Of a stretch of 36,120 nucleotides of DNA, positions 8,797-18,400 are shown in pieces (the stretch's first letter is position 1; each line of letters opens with the position of its first letter). Made by a program: the position numbers and the translations under genes. A model generated the notes under the pieces. That model did no database searches, was not told the origin of the DNA, and saw nothing but the letters and a program-made list of their open reading frames with translations. This DNA comes from a virus. Taxonomy: Duplodnaviria > Caudoviricetes. The stretch lies in IMG/VR virus record IMGVR_UViG_3300017700_000104, positions 1 to 36,120 of that record, one strand, 5' to 3'.

Positions 8797-9311
8797 TCCC
8801 AATCGTTGCCACACTCCTTGGGACCCTTGCTGAAAACGGCTTGGGTCTTTTGTCTTCTGCGATCCAAGCCAAGGGCAAGCAGGTTGTCGAGCAGACGCTT
8901 GGCGTCAAGATCTCCGACACGCCAAGCCCTGAAGAGGTCAGCAAGCTGCGTCAGCTTCAATACGACCATGAAGAGCGCTTGCTCGAGCTTGGCATCGAGA
9001 AAGCCCGCTTGGAGCAGGAAGAACTCAAAGCCTTGCTGGCGGCCCAAGCCAACCAAGAAAACAACATCACCGACCGTTGGAAGTCCGACATGGCCTCCGA
9101 CTCGTGGCTGTCCAAAAACGTGCGCCCCGGCACGCTGGTCTACATCCTGACGGCTTATTTGCTGTTTGCGTTGCTTGACGGCGCGGGGTACAAGATTTCC
9201 GAATCCTATGTCCAACTGCTGGGCCAGTGGGGCATGCTGGTCATGACGGCCTACTTCGGTGGCCGCACGGTCGAGAAGGTCATGGAAATGCGCAAGGGGG
9301 GTGATAAATGA
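8793..9311 (+). CDS. Holin of the 3TM (GTA-release type) family
   Basis: DSWLSKNVRP, two C-terminal TM segments, AYFGGRT.EK; adjacent to endolysin. Confidence 0.8.
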   Translation: MIPIVATLLGTLAENGLGLLSSAIQAKGKQVVEQTLGVKISDTPSPEEVSKLRQLQYDHEERLLELGIEKARLEQEELKALLAAQANQENNITDRWKSDMASDSWLSKNVRPGTLVYILTAYLLFALLDGAGYKISESYVQLLGQWGMLVMTAYFGGRTVEKVMEMRKGGDK

Positions 9312-9649
9312 GCCTCAGCCAAGAACAAGCCGCGTTCCTTTTGGACGCCTGCAAGCTGATTCAGTACGCCACTGAGCAGGGCTTTGTGGTCACTGGTGGA
9401 GAGTTGGCCCGCACACCTGAACAACAAGCCTTGCACGTCAAGGCTGGCCGATCCAAGACCATGAATTCCATCCACCTCAAACGCTGTGCCATCGACTTGA
9501 ACTTCTTCAAGGATGGGCAGATAATATGGGACAAGGGAATTCTTGCGCCTTTGGGTGCATTTTGGGAGTCTTTACACCCCAAAAATCGTTGGGGAGGCAA
9601 CTTCAAGTCGCTGGTCGATTGCCCGCACTTTGAACGCAACGTCGGATAA
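9308..9649 (+). CDS. Endolysin, M15 family Zn peptidase
   Basis: R..EQQ, SxHxxxxAxD (SIHLKRCAID), WGG, DxPH (DCPHFE) motifs. Confidence 0.9.
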   Translation: MSLSQEQAAFLLDACKLIQYATEQGFVVTGGELARTPEQQALHVKAGRSKTMNSIHLKRCAIDLNFFKDGQIIWDKGILAPLGAFWESLHPKNRWGGNFKSLVDCPHFERNVG

Positions 9650-9660
9650 CGGAGAAGAAA

Positions 9661-10296
9661 ATGACAGTCGCAGCCGTAATGACGTATGACTCGTTGGTCA
9701 ACGACATCCAGACCTATCTGGAGCGTACTGATCAACAGACATTGGACAAAATTCCGCAGTTCATTATGTTGGCGGAGCAGATCATTGCGTCTGAGATCAA
9801 ATTCCTCGGCAACCTCTCTGTGGTCACAAGCAACATGGTCACCTCAGAAAACATCATCCCCAAGCCTGCGCGGTGGCGCAAGACGGTATCCATGAACGTG
9901 ACCGTGGCAGGCGTTCGTCAGCCCGTGCTGCTGCGCACCTACGAATACATCCGCGAATACTGGCCAAATCCAACGTCAACAGACGTGCCCTTGTTCTTTT
10001 GCGACTACGACTACGAGCACTGGCTGGTTGGTCCAACGCCAGCGGCTGGATATGCTTACGAGGTTTTGTATTACCAACGGGTCCAGCCTTTGGATACATC
10101 AAACCAATCAAACTGGTTCACACAGTATGCCCCGCAGGCGATGCTGTACGGCACTTTGCTGCAAGCCATGCCGTTCCTCAAGAACGACGAGCGCATGCCC
10201 ATGTGGCAAAGTAATTACGACAAAATCATTGAAGTCCTGAAGGTAGAGAACGTCACACGCGGTGCTGATCGTCAGGCGATTGCGAGGGATTCATGA
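9661..10296 (+). CDS. Head-tail adaptor-like virion protein
   Basis: MTY..L..DI..YLER N-terminus, GPTP..Y, P.AMLYG.L..A.PFLK.D.R...W; GGAGAA RBS. Confidence 0.65.
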   Translation: MTVAAVMTYDSLVNDIQTYLERTDQQTLDKIPQFIMLAEQIIASEIKFLGNLSVVTSNMVTSENIIPKPARWRKTVSMNVTVAGVRQPVLLRTYEYIREYWPNPTSTDVPLFFCDYDYEHWLVGPTPAAGYAYEVLYYQRVQPLDTSNQSNWFTQYAPQAMLYGTLLQAMPFLKNDERMPMWQSNYDKIIEVLKVENVTRGADRQAIARDS

Positions 10297-11789
10297 GCTT
10301 CACCAGTCCATTCACAGGTCAGGTAATTCAACCAACCGACGTCTCGTACCGCAGCATCACGCTTGCCGCCGACTCAACGCTTTCTTGGCCAATCAATGGC
10401 AGCGTTACCGACAACGCAGCCGCACGAGTTATGGACGTCACGTCGCTCTCGAGCGGCTTGGTGCTTACTGGAGTGACCGTCACGGGCACAAACGGTCAAT
10501 GCTCTTGCACCACGACCCCAAGCTTGTTTGTTGGCCAAGCAATCGTTGTCACTGGAGTTTCCACGGGAACTTCAGGTGGCATCACTACGGGCAATACCTA
10601 CTACATCATTGCCACCAACGGGTCTACGACGTTCACGCTGTCGGCCACCTTGGGTGGGGCTGCGGTGGCCACCACGGCTGGCACAACCACTGGCCTGACC
10701 TTTACGTTGGATGCCTTTACTTTGGACATGCCGCCTGCAAATCAGGCGTCTGTCGGTATTGATGCCTTGTTTCGCAACGTCGGCTCCTACACTTTTACCG
10801 TCAGAACTTACACTGGCGGCACGATCGTTACGATTGCCCCCGGCGAGGCCAAGTACATTTACCTCACCAGCAACGCCAACACGGCGGGCACATGGGGCCT
10901 CATAGCCTTTGGCGTAGGCACATCAAACGTCGATGCGGCCACCCTTGCTGGGTTCGGCCTCAAGGCTATTTCAAACACTTTAAATGCGGCCAACAACGTC
11001 GTTACGTTTGCCTCGAATTACACCGCACTAAACACCGACCGCGCATCAACTCATGTTTGGACTGGTGGTTCAGGTACGTTGACCCTGACCTCGGCTGTCA
11101 CGTTGGGCAACGATTGGTACATGATGGTCCGCAACGGCGGATCTGGAACTTTGACCATTTCCCCATCTGGTGGCATTCAGATCAACGGCGCATCCACAAT
11201 TTCCTTGCAGCCCGCTGACTCTTGCGTTATCTGCTGCTCTGGCACTGCATTCTTCACTGTGGGTTTAGGTCGCAGCACTGAGTTTAATTTTACGCAGCTC
11301 ACCAAGGCTGTGGTGACTGGCAGCTACACCCTGACCGCCTCAGAGGCTGCCAACACGATTCAGAAGTACACAGGCACGCTGACAGGCAACGTCACCGTGG
11401 TGCTGCCTCAAACAATTCAGGTGTACTACATCACCAATCAGACCAACGGTGGTGGACCCGGCTACCAAATCACTTTCACCACAGGCGCAGGTGGTGCTAC
11501 GGCCACAGTTCCCGCTGGTCAACAGGTGATCTTGCTGTGTGACTCGGTCAACTTGCTCAACGCATCAACGATCGCCGCTGGTGCGGTGAACGTGTCCTTG
11601 GTGGACGGCACGGTGGGCGCTCCCTCGCTGAACTTTGCGACGGAAACGTCAACGGGTATTTACCGCCCCGGCTCTGGTGAATTCGGTATCGCAATCTTGG
11701 GTGTCAAGCTGTTTGGCTTGACCTCGACAGGGCTGAACATTCCGGGCACTGGTAACTTTACTGGGGGTGTTCAGGGCGGGACCTTCTAA
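10293..11789 (+). CDS. Tail/fibre-type structural protein
   Basis: T/G/S-rich beta protein with DGT..APSL.F..ET.TGIYRP motif; ends GGTF. Confidence 0.7.
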   Translation: MSFTSPFTGQVIQPTDVSYRSITLAADSTLSWPINGSVTDNAAARVMDVTSLSSGLVLTGVTVTGTNGQCSCTTTPSLFVGQAIVVTGVSTGTSGGITTGNTYYIIATNGSTTFTLSATLGGAAVATTAGTTTGLTFTLDAFTLDMPPANQASVGIDALFRNVGSYTFTVRTYTGGTIVTIAPGEAKYIYLTSNANTAGTWGLIAFGVGTSNVDAATLAGFGLKAISNTLNAANNVVTFASNYTALNTDRASTHVWTGGSGTLTLTSAVTLGNDWYMMVRNGGSGTLTISPSGGIQINGASTISLQPADSCVICCSGTAFFTVGLGRSTEFNFTQLTKAVVTGSYTLTASEAANTIQKYTGTLTGNVTVVLPQTIQVYYITNQTNGGGPGYQITFTTGAGGATATVPAGQQVILLCDSVNLLNASTIAAGAVNVSLVDGTVGAPSLNFATETSTGIYRPGSGEFGIAILGVKLFGLTSTGLNIPGTGNFTGGVQGGTF

Positions 11790-14002
11790 TGACAGCCAAG
11801 GTATTCGCTCTTGACACGCAGCCCGGCATCCAGCGGGATGGCACGGTATTCGACAAAATGTTCTACAACGACGGCGAGTGGGTCCGCTTCCAACGCGGTC
11901 GCCCTCGTAAGGTCGGAGGCTTTCGCGTCATTTCAAATCAACTTACAGGCCCATCACGCGGCATCTGGGTCAACCCTCAGAATGCCTTTACATCCATTTT
12001 CAGTGGCTACAACAACGGCCTTCAGGTCCTGACTATTGACAACAACGGCGTGGGCGCTGGCGTGGGTGACTTCACGTTGAGTAACTTCACGGCCTCAAAC
12101 CTAAACCTGTGGCAGTTTGATGGCTTCTACGACGTGGGCGGAACGGGCGTGCAGTCCTTGGTGGCGCATCCGGGGCAAAACCTCGTCTCAATCGGCAATG
12201 ACAACAACACCCCTGTGCTGATTGGCGACATCACCGCCTTGACCATGAGCCAAATTGGTGTCTTCACTGCCAGTGGCACGACAACAAATTTAAGTGCCAC
12301 GGTGACTTTGGCGGCGTCAAACCCTTTAATTGGCGCTGGCCAAACTGTGACTGGCACGGGCATACCTGCCAACACTACGGTGGTGTCAATCTCCACGACT
12401 ACGTTGGTGCTGTCAAACACAGCCACGGCCTCTGGCACTGTGACGCTTACTTTTAACAACAACATTGCGGTTTCGGGTGGCGTTGTGTCGCTGCACCCCT
12501 ATTTGTTTGTGTATGGCAACAACGGCCTAATCCAAAACTGCTCGGCTGGCAACACCGACGATTGGGTCTCTGCGGACGCCAACGCGGTCAATGTGGCCTC
12601 TGGAAAGATTGTCCAAGGGTTACCCGTCAGGGGCGGCTCAAACGCGCCTTCTGGCCTATTTTGGAGCCTTGATAGCCTGATCCGCGTGTCGTTTATTGGC
12701 GGCACTGGAACCCCTCCTCAATATTGGCGCTATGACATCATCAGCAGCCAATCCTCAATTCTGTCTTCGCAGTCGGCCATTGAGTACGACGGCGTCTATT
12801 ATTGGTGCGGCGTGGACCGCTTCCTGCTGTACAACGGTGTGGTTAAAGAGATCCCCAACACCATGAACCAGAACTATTTCTTTGACAACCTGAACTATGA
12901 CCAACGTCAAAAGGTTTGGGTGACAAAGGTTCCTCGTTTTGGTGAGATTTGGTGGTTCTATCCCCGTGGTGACGCAACTGAATGCACCGACGCAATCATC
13001 TACAACGTGCGTGAGAACACTTGGTATGACGCTGGTGAAGCCCGTGGTGCTCAACGCTCCGCTGGGTACTTTTCGCAGGTTTTTGCCTACCCCGTGGCCG
13101 CAGATTGGCACACCAGCGAGGCTGAGACCGTATTCACCGACACATTCAACGAGGTGTCTGGCAGCGCCTTCTTGTACAGCGACACCTATAACACTCAAGT
13201 TGCGCTGCGTCAAGTCATTTCTGGCTCCAATATCCCAACGGGCACGACCGTAGTGGCCATCACCTCCAGCAACATCAAGACGCTGGGGGCGATTACAGGC
13301 GGCTCTGGCTACGTTAACGGCTCATACCCTAACGTAACCCTCACAGGAGGCGCAGGATCGGGCGCTAAGGCCACAATCGGCGTTTCTGCTACTGCGGTGA
13401 CCACCGTGACCATAACGGCCCGTGGAGCAGGTTATTTGGTGGGCGACGTACTGAGCGCCACGGCTGCCAGTTTGGGCGGCACTGGGGCTGGGTTTTCAAT
13501 TCCCGTGACGGCAATTTACCTTCAAGGCATTCAAATGTCGGCGGCGGCCACGGGAACGGGCGCGGTTTCCCTGACTTTCTCGATCCCTGCAAACCTCATT
13601 GAGGTGTACCAACACGAGATTGGCACGGACGACATCAATGGCCAAAACGTGCGGGCGATTCTCAGCTCCTTTGAGACCAACGACCTAAGTTGGCTCGGTG
13701 GGGGTCCTTCGGTTCCAGCCGCAGAGGGCAACAATCGATGGATTCGGGTCGAGCGTATTGAGCCTGACTTCATTCAATCTGGCGATATGTCAGTGGTTGT
13801 AACTGGCAGACCGTTTGCTCAGGGCGAGGATAAAGAATCCGACCCCTATGTTTTTGGCCCCAACACTGGCAAAATTGACATGCGCGAGCAGCGTCGTGAA
13901 TTGCGACTGAGGTTCACCTCTGACGTGGCTGGTGGAAATTACCAGCTAGGCAAATTGCTTCTCAACGCCGAGATCGGTGATGTGAGGCCATATGGCCCTT
14001 AA
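11789..14002 (+). CDS. Tail nozzle/stabilisation protein (tail tubular B, P22 gp10-like) with inserted beta domains
   Basis: PGIQRDGT..D..WVRF..GRP.K.GG start, F.EIWWFYP, YN.RE..W, RIEPDF, R..RLRF.S propeller/barrel motifs; precedes the ejection genes. Confidence 0.7.
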   Translation: MTAKVFALDTQPGIQRDGTVFDKMFYNDGEWVRFQRGRPRKVGGFRVISNQLTGPSRGIWVNPQNAFTSIFSGYNNGLQVLTIDNNGVGAGVGDFTLSNFTASNLNLWQFDGFYDVGGTGVQSLVAHPGQNLVSIGNDNNTPVLIGDITALTMSQIGVFTASGTTTNLSATVTLAASNPLIGAGQTVTGTGIPANTTVVSISTTTLVLSNTATASGTVTLTFNNNIAVSGGVVSLHPYLFVYGNNGLIQNCSAGNTDDWVSADANAVNVASGKIVQGLPVRGGSNAPSGLFWSLDSLIRVSFIGGTGTPPQYWRYDIISSQSSILSSQSAIEYDGVYYWCGVDRFLLYNGVVKEIPNTMNQNYFFDNLNYDQRQKVWVTKVPRFGEIWWFYPRGDATECTDAIIYNVRENTWYDAGEARGAQRSAGYFSQVFAYPVAADWHTSEAETVFTDTFNEVSGSAFLYSDTYNTQVALRQVISGSNIPTGTTVVAITSSNIKTLGAITGGSGYVNGSYPNVTLTGGAGSGAKATIGVSATAVTTVTITARGAGYLVGDVLSATAASLGGTGAGFSIPVTAIYLQGIQMSAAATGTGAVSLTFSIPANLIEVYQHEIGTDDINGQNVRAILSSFETNDLSWLGGGPSVPAAEGNNRWIRVERIEPDFIQSGDMSVVVTGRPFAQGEDKESDPYVFGPNTGKIDMREQRRELRLRFTSDVAGGNYQLGKLLLNAEIGDVRPYGP

Positions 14003-14252
14003 TCCCGCACAGATATACGACCCTCGGTATCACACGTTTGAGTCGTGGGCGTGCCTCATGTGCGAGCTTTATGGTGCTCAGAACCTTCAGATTCCCAATG
14101 CCCAAACGGATTGGAAGCAGTGGGGTAATGGACTGAATGCAATCGACGTGTTTGCAAACGAGGCCACGCCCCGCACGGATCAATACAACAATTGGTACGA
14201 CTGGGCCGAGGCTATGGTAGCGGCAGTTAACCCAGCAGTGCAAACGACATGA
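13992..14252 (+). CDS. Small Trp-rich virion-module protein
   Basis: 86 aa overlapping both neighbours; DPR...W, W..W, P....W.DWA. Confidence 0.65.
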   Translation: MALNPAQIYDPRYHTFESWACLMCELYGAQNLQIPNAQTDWKQWGNGLNAIDVFANEATPRTDQYNNWYDWAEAMVAAVNPAVQTT

Positions 14253-14947
14253 AATATTGGTGCGACAACTCTCCAGTTTGGAGCCATTACGGCAACGCCT
14301 CTAGCGTACTTTTTCCAGCGTGGGAGCGAGCGTTTGCTGCTGTGGTTAAGCACTACCTTCCAGTTGTTCAGGACCAAGACCTAAAGGCTCGTATGGTCCA
14401 ATTTGTGAACGAAGAGCTGGCCCACGCTTCGGCCCACGAGGCTTTTAATAAGCGCCAAGGGCTTGAGGAGCTGGAAGCGGCAGAATTCAAACGTGCCCGC
14501 CTTGTGTTGCGCAAGCCTAGCTTGCCATACTGGTTGGGAACTATGGTGTCCATCGAACACTTGGCTGCCTGCATGTCTCGATCGGTGATTGGTCGTTGGG
14601 GCGGTCGTCAAGGGCGCGACTACAAATTGTTTTTGTGGCACGCCAAGGAAGAGCTGGGGCACAAAGCCTTGGCCATCGACTTGTGGCGTTATCTTGGGCA
14701 TTCTGATGCAGAGTTGCGCAAAATTGCGCGGACCAATCAAGCCTATGTTATGGGTGGCATGATTAAGCACACCCTCAAAGAAACGACTAAAGATGGCCAG
14801 CTCCGCAACTGGCGCACATGGCGAGATTTAGTGTCGTGGTCGTTTTTTGTGACCACCAAAGTTCTGATTCCAATGTTGACAATTTATTTGCCAAACTTTC
14901 ATCCAAACAAGAAAGACGACACCAAGTACATGGAGGTGGCCGTATGA
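14249..14947 (+). CDS. Predicted metal-dependent hydrolase (PF10118-like, ferritin-like diiron fold)
   Basis: S.LFP..E, EE.AH..AH..FN, IEH, WHA.EE..HK..A.D and Y.P.FHP motifs in the family's order and spacing. Confidence 0.85.
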   Translation: MKYWCDNSPVWSHYGNASSVLFPAWERAFAAVVKHYLPVVQDQDLKARMVQFVNEELAHASAHEAFNKRQGLEELEAAEFKRARLVLRKPSLPYWLGTMVSIEHLAACMSRSVIGRWGGRQGRDYKLFLWHAKEELGHKALAIDLWRYLGHSDAELRKIARTNQAYVMGGMIKHTLKETTKDGQLRNWRTWRDLVSWSFFVTTKVLIPMLTIYLPNFHPNKKDDTKYMEVAV

Positions 14948-15429
14948 ACGCAGCGGGCATTCATCCAGTCAGCTCAAAAGAGCACATGCTAGAGCCAACC
15001 GATATTTTTGCGGTAGCTGCGTACGAAGACAAAGCGGGCATTGAAATGTGTGCGGCTTCTGCAAAAAAACATCAGGTCTCACCAGAGCGCTTGCTGTACT
15101 CAATCATGATTGAAGAGTACAGCGACCCTCGCCTAATCAGAATTCGTGAAGGCAACACGTTGTTCACAATTGCGGCGATGCCTCACCGTGTTGGCTTTGT
15201 TCGAGGTTACAACGGTGACACCGCAGAAAATTACATCGAAAATATGATTGTATGTAATCAAGCCGCCAGAAGGTTAGGGTTTGATGTTTTGGTCTCACAC
15301 ACTTCACCTGATGCAGTTCGCGCTTTAAAAATTGCCCTCAAAAGACATCAAGTCAAAGGCATCAAATCGCACTTTGATTCAGCCGCAAAAATATTTTCTA
15401 TCACCACTGGTGAACCAAGGGGTGAATGA
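14944..15429 (+). CDS. Putative tail assembly protein (possibly GNAT-like fold)
   Basis: ATG 14944 with GGAGG RBS; GNTLF..YN.DT..NY..N motif. Its position before the ejection genes resembles T7 gp13. Confidence 0.5.
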   Translation: MNAAGIHPVSSKEHMLEPTDIFAVAAYEDKAGIEMCAASAKKHQVSPERLLYSIMIEEYSDPRLIRIREGNTLFTIAAMPHRVGFVRGYNGDTAENYIENMIVCNQAARRLGFDVLVSHTSPDAVRALKIALKRHQVKGIKSHFDSAAKIFSITTGEPRGE

Positions 15430-18400
15430 TGGGAGCAGTAACGGGAGCACTTAACACACTTGGTGGCGCAATCTCTGGCGCTATTTCTGGCGTTGCAGAT
15501 CTTGCAACAAGCGTTGTAAAGGGTGTTGGTGATGCAATTGTTGGCACTGTCAAAACAATTGGCAACACAGTTCAAGCAATCATAAAAGACCCACTGCCCA
15601 CGCTTTTACAGGTGGCTGGGGCTTCCGTTGGTATACCGCCTTACGTTACGGCTGCCGTGATCACGGCGGCAAGGGGTGGAGACCTTGAAGATATTGCAAA
15701 AACTGCCGCAATTTCTTACATTGCTTCTGAGGCTGTGGCTAGTACAAATATTGGTAAAGAGATTGGCAGCGTAACTAAAACTGCTGGCCAAGACTTCACC
15801 AACTACATGATGGAGAATTTCAGCCTTCCGCCAGACTCTGCTGTGGCAATTGCAAAAGCGGCAACGGCAAGTTTGAACTCTTCAATTATTGGTGGCGTGA
15901 GTGCCGCAATTACAGGTAAGTCGGTTACTGACGGCATTGCTTCAGGTTTTACGTCTGGTCTTATTTATTCATCAACAAACAGTTATTTTGACACTCTAAA
16001 CAAAGACCCTAATTGGGGTTTTAGCCAAAGAGCACTGGACTTGATGAAAGGTTCCACAAGCACCGTTCTGAACACCATTGTTTCAGGTAAAGGTGACCCA
16101 GCACAAGCCGTCGGAAACTATATTGCTTTTGCCACCATAAACATGGCTAAAAGTAATTTATCTGATAGGGTCAAAGAGGCTTATGTAAACCTCACAACCG
16201 ACACTGACGCCGCCAAAAAAGCCCAAGAAAAATATGCTTTAGCTAAAGCAGACGTTGATGCAAAAATCGCTGAAGGCGAAAAGATTCGCAACGAAATTAA
16301 CACAGCCGCAGATTCTCTCAACACAAGAATTAGAGACGAGTTTACCCCAGTAAAGACAAAGCTGGATGAACAATTGACTGCGTATGAATCTGGCGTTACT
16401 TGGTACAACACTGAAAAGCAGCGCTACGACGAAAACAAATATGCTTACGAAAACTACCCAACCAAGATGGCACAGGATGGCTATCAAGTTTACGACGAGG
16501 ATGCGGGTACTTACTACAGAACGGTTCCAGTCATGGACCGTGAGGGTCAAGTTACATACCATCTAGAATTTGCGCCTACAAAACAGTCATTTTTTGATGG
16601 GGCAAACAGGGCTGCTGAAGCCACAAATACTGCTATTAGCTATACAAATACGGCTGGTGCTGCTGCACAGAAAATTTACGATGACAACAAAGCAATGTTT
16701 GATTCTGTTGCGGCTGAATCAAAGGCTATTGAAGAAAAAACAGTCAAGCTAAACGCAATTAAAAGTGAATTTGAAAAACCCGACGGCACTAACTTGGCTC
16801 AAAAACTAAAAGATGCCGCAGATGAATATCAGAAAAAGTATGACGCTTGGTCCAAGACCAAGGCGGCCTCTGATGCTACCGCCGAGAACTATACCAAAGC
16901 TTTGGCTGCAACGGCTACACGCGACGCAACCATCGACGCTTTGAACACTGGTGCAGTCACAGTAACTGGAAAAGATGCCAATGGAAATTGGCTGCTGTCC
17001 AACAACATGACGCTGACGACTGAGGGCAAGTTCATTCAGGACGGTCAGCAGTTGTTTACAAACTCTGCTGGAATCCCTCAGAAGGCCATGGACTTCAAGG
17101 CCAACGACGGCTCCAATGTTGACTTTAATGAAAATGCTGGACGCTTGCTGTCGGAAACTGACGCTGCAAATATTTGCAGGCGCGACTTTGGTTTTGTTCC
17201 TACCGACGCCGAAGTTGCCAAGCTTGCTGGCACGGAATACACCACAAGCCCCACCGCCAGCATCAATGCTTTGGCTGACGAAAAAGCTCGAACCACTTAT
17301 TCTGCAATAACTGGTAATGAAGCAACTAACGAGCAAATTCTGACCGCAATAAAGTCGGGCAACGTGATGGGCACTGCTGCTGACTTGGCCATCAACGGTT
17401 TGGATCTGCCGCCAAACTATGTGTCACCCAACGCTCCTGTTGATCAGAAAATTTCTTTTGGTCAAGCTTATTCAGCAGCTCGTAAAGCTTATGGACCAAA
17501 TGCAACTTTTGAGTGGACTGACAAAAATGGCGTGACCAAATCTTTTGTAACAGAAAATCGTGAAGAGCAACTTGTTCGTTATGACAAACTGTCAACAGAC
17601 GCTGGTAAGTACGACAACAAAGTTGCCACTTACACAAAGTACAAGTTACTGGATAACTTAAGCAGCCCAGACTTTAACCCTGCGGATTTGACCAAGAGTG
17701 AAATGACAAAGTTTGTGGACGCTTATACAAAGGCAGAGCCTTTGCAAAGAGCCGCAATGCTTAAGGGTGTTGACGCATCAACTTACAAGGTCATTGATAC
17801 GCTCTTGAGTGAAACAGCGCGTTACAACCCAAGCGGTGAAGTCGTTACAAAATTTACAGGTAAACCAAGCGGAACCATTTCTGCCTATAACCCAACTGGT
17901 GTTGAGAAAATTCTTGATTCAATAAAAACTGGCAAGAACGTGTTCGATTCTGGGTTGGACATTGCAACCGCCGACGTGGCAGGTGTGGTTACTCGAGGCG
18001 CTCAATTACTTCGTGATTCATTGGATCTTGATAACACTACTGCTGACAAAATCCAACAAATGTGGAGTGACTCTAAAGATAAGTCGCTGAGAAGCCTTGC
18101 TAGTGACGATCAACGCGTTATTGCTGGCGGCATTGCGTCTGGACTTGAGTCAGTTGCTTCATTTGCAGCCGCTGGGCCTATCGGTGCTTTGATGACCCTT
18201 GGCGCTATTGCTGCCAACAACTCATACCAAGAAGGGTCAACTACTTGGATTGACAACAGCGGAAAAACTTACGCAACGAAGGATGAAGCTATTCGCGCCG
18301 CTGGCCAAAGCAGTATTCGTCAATTGACGCCAGAAGAAAATATGAAGCGCACGGCTGTCATGACGGCGCTAGAGATTGCTGGCGAGGCGGCTGGTATACC

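Noticed and set aside
8508-9215. 235-aa antisense ORF over the lysis genes
   Set aside because: Shadow of the well-supported plus-strand genes; no recognisable motifs or RBS.
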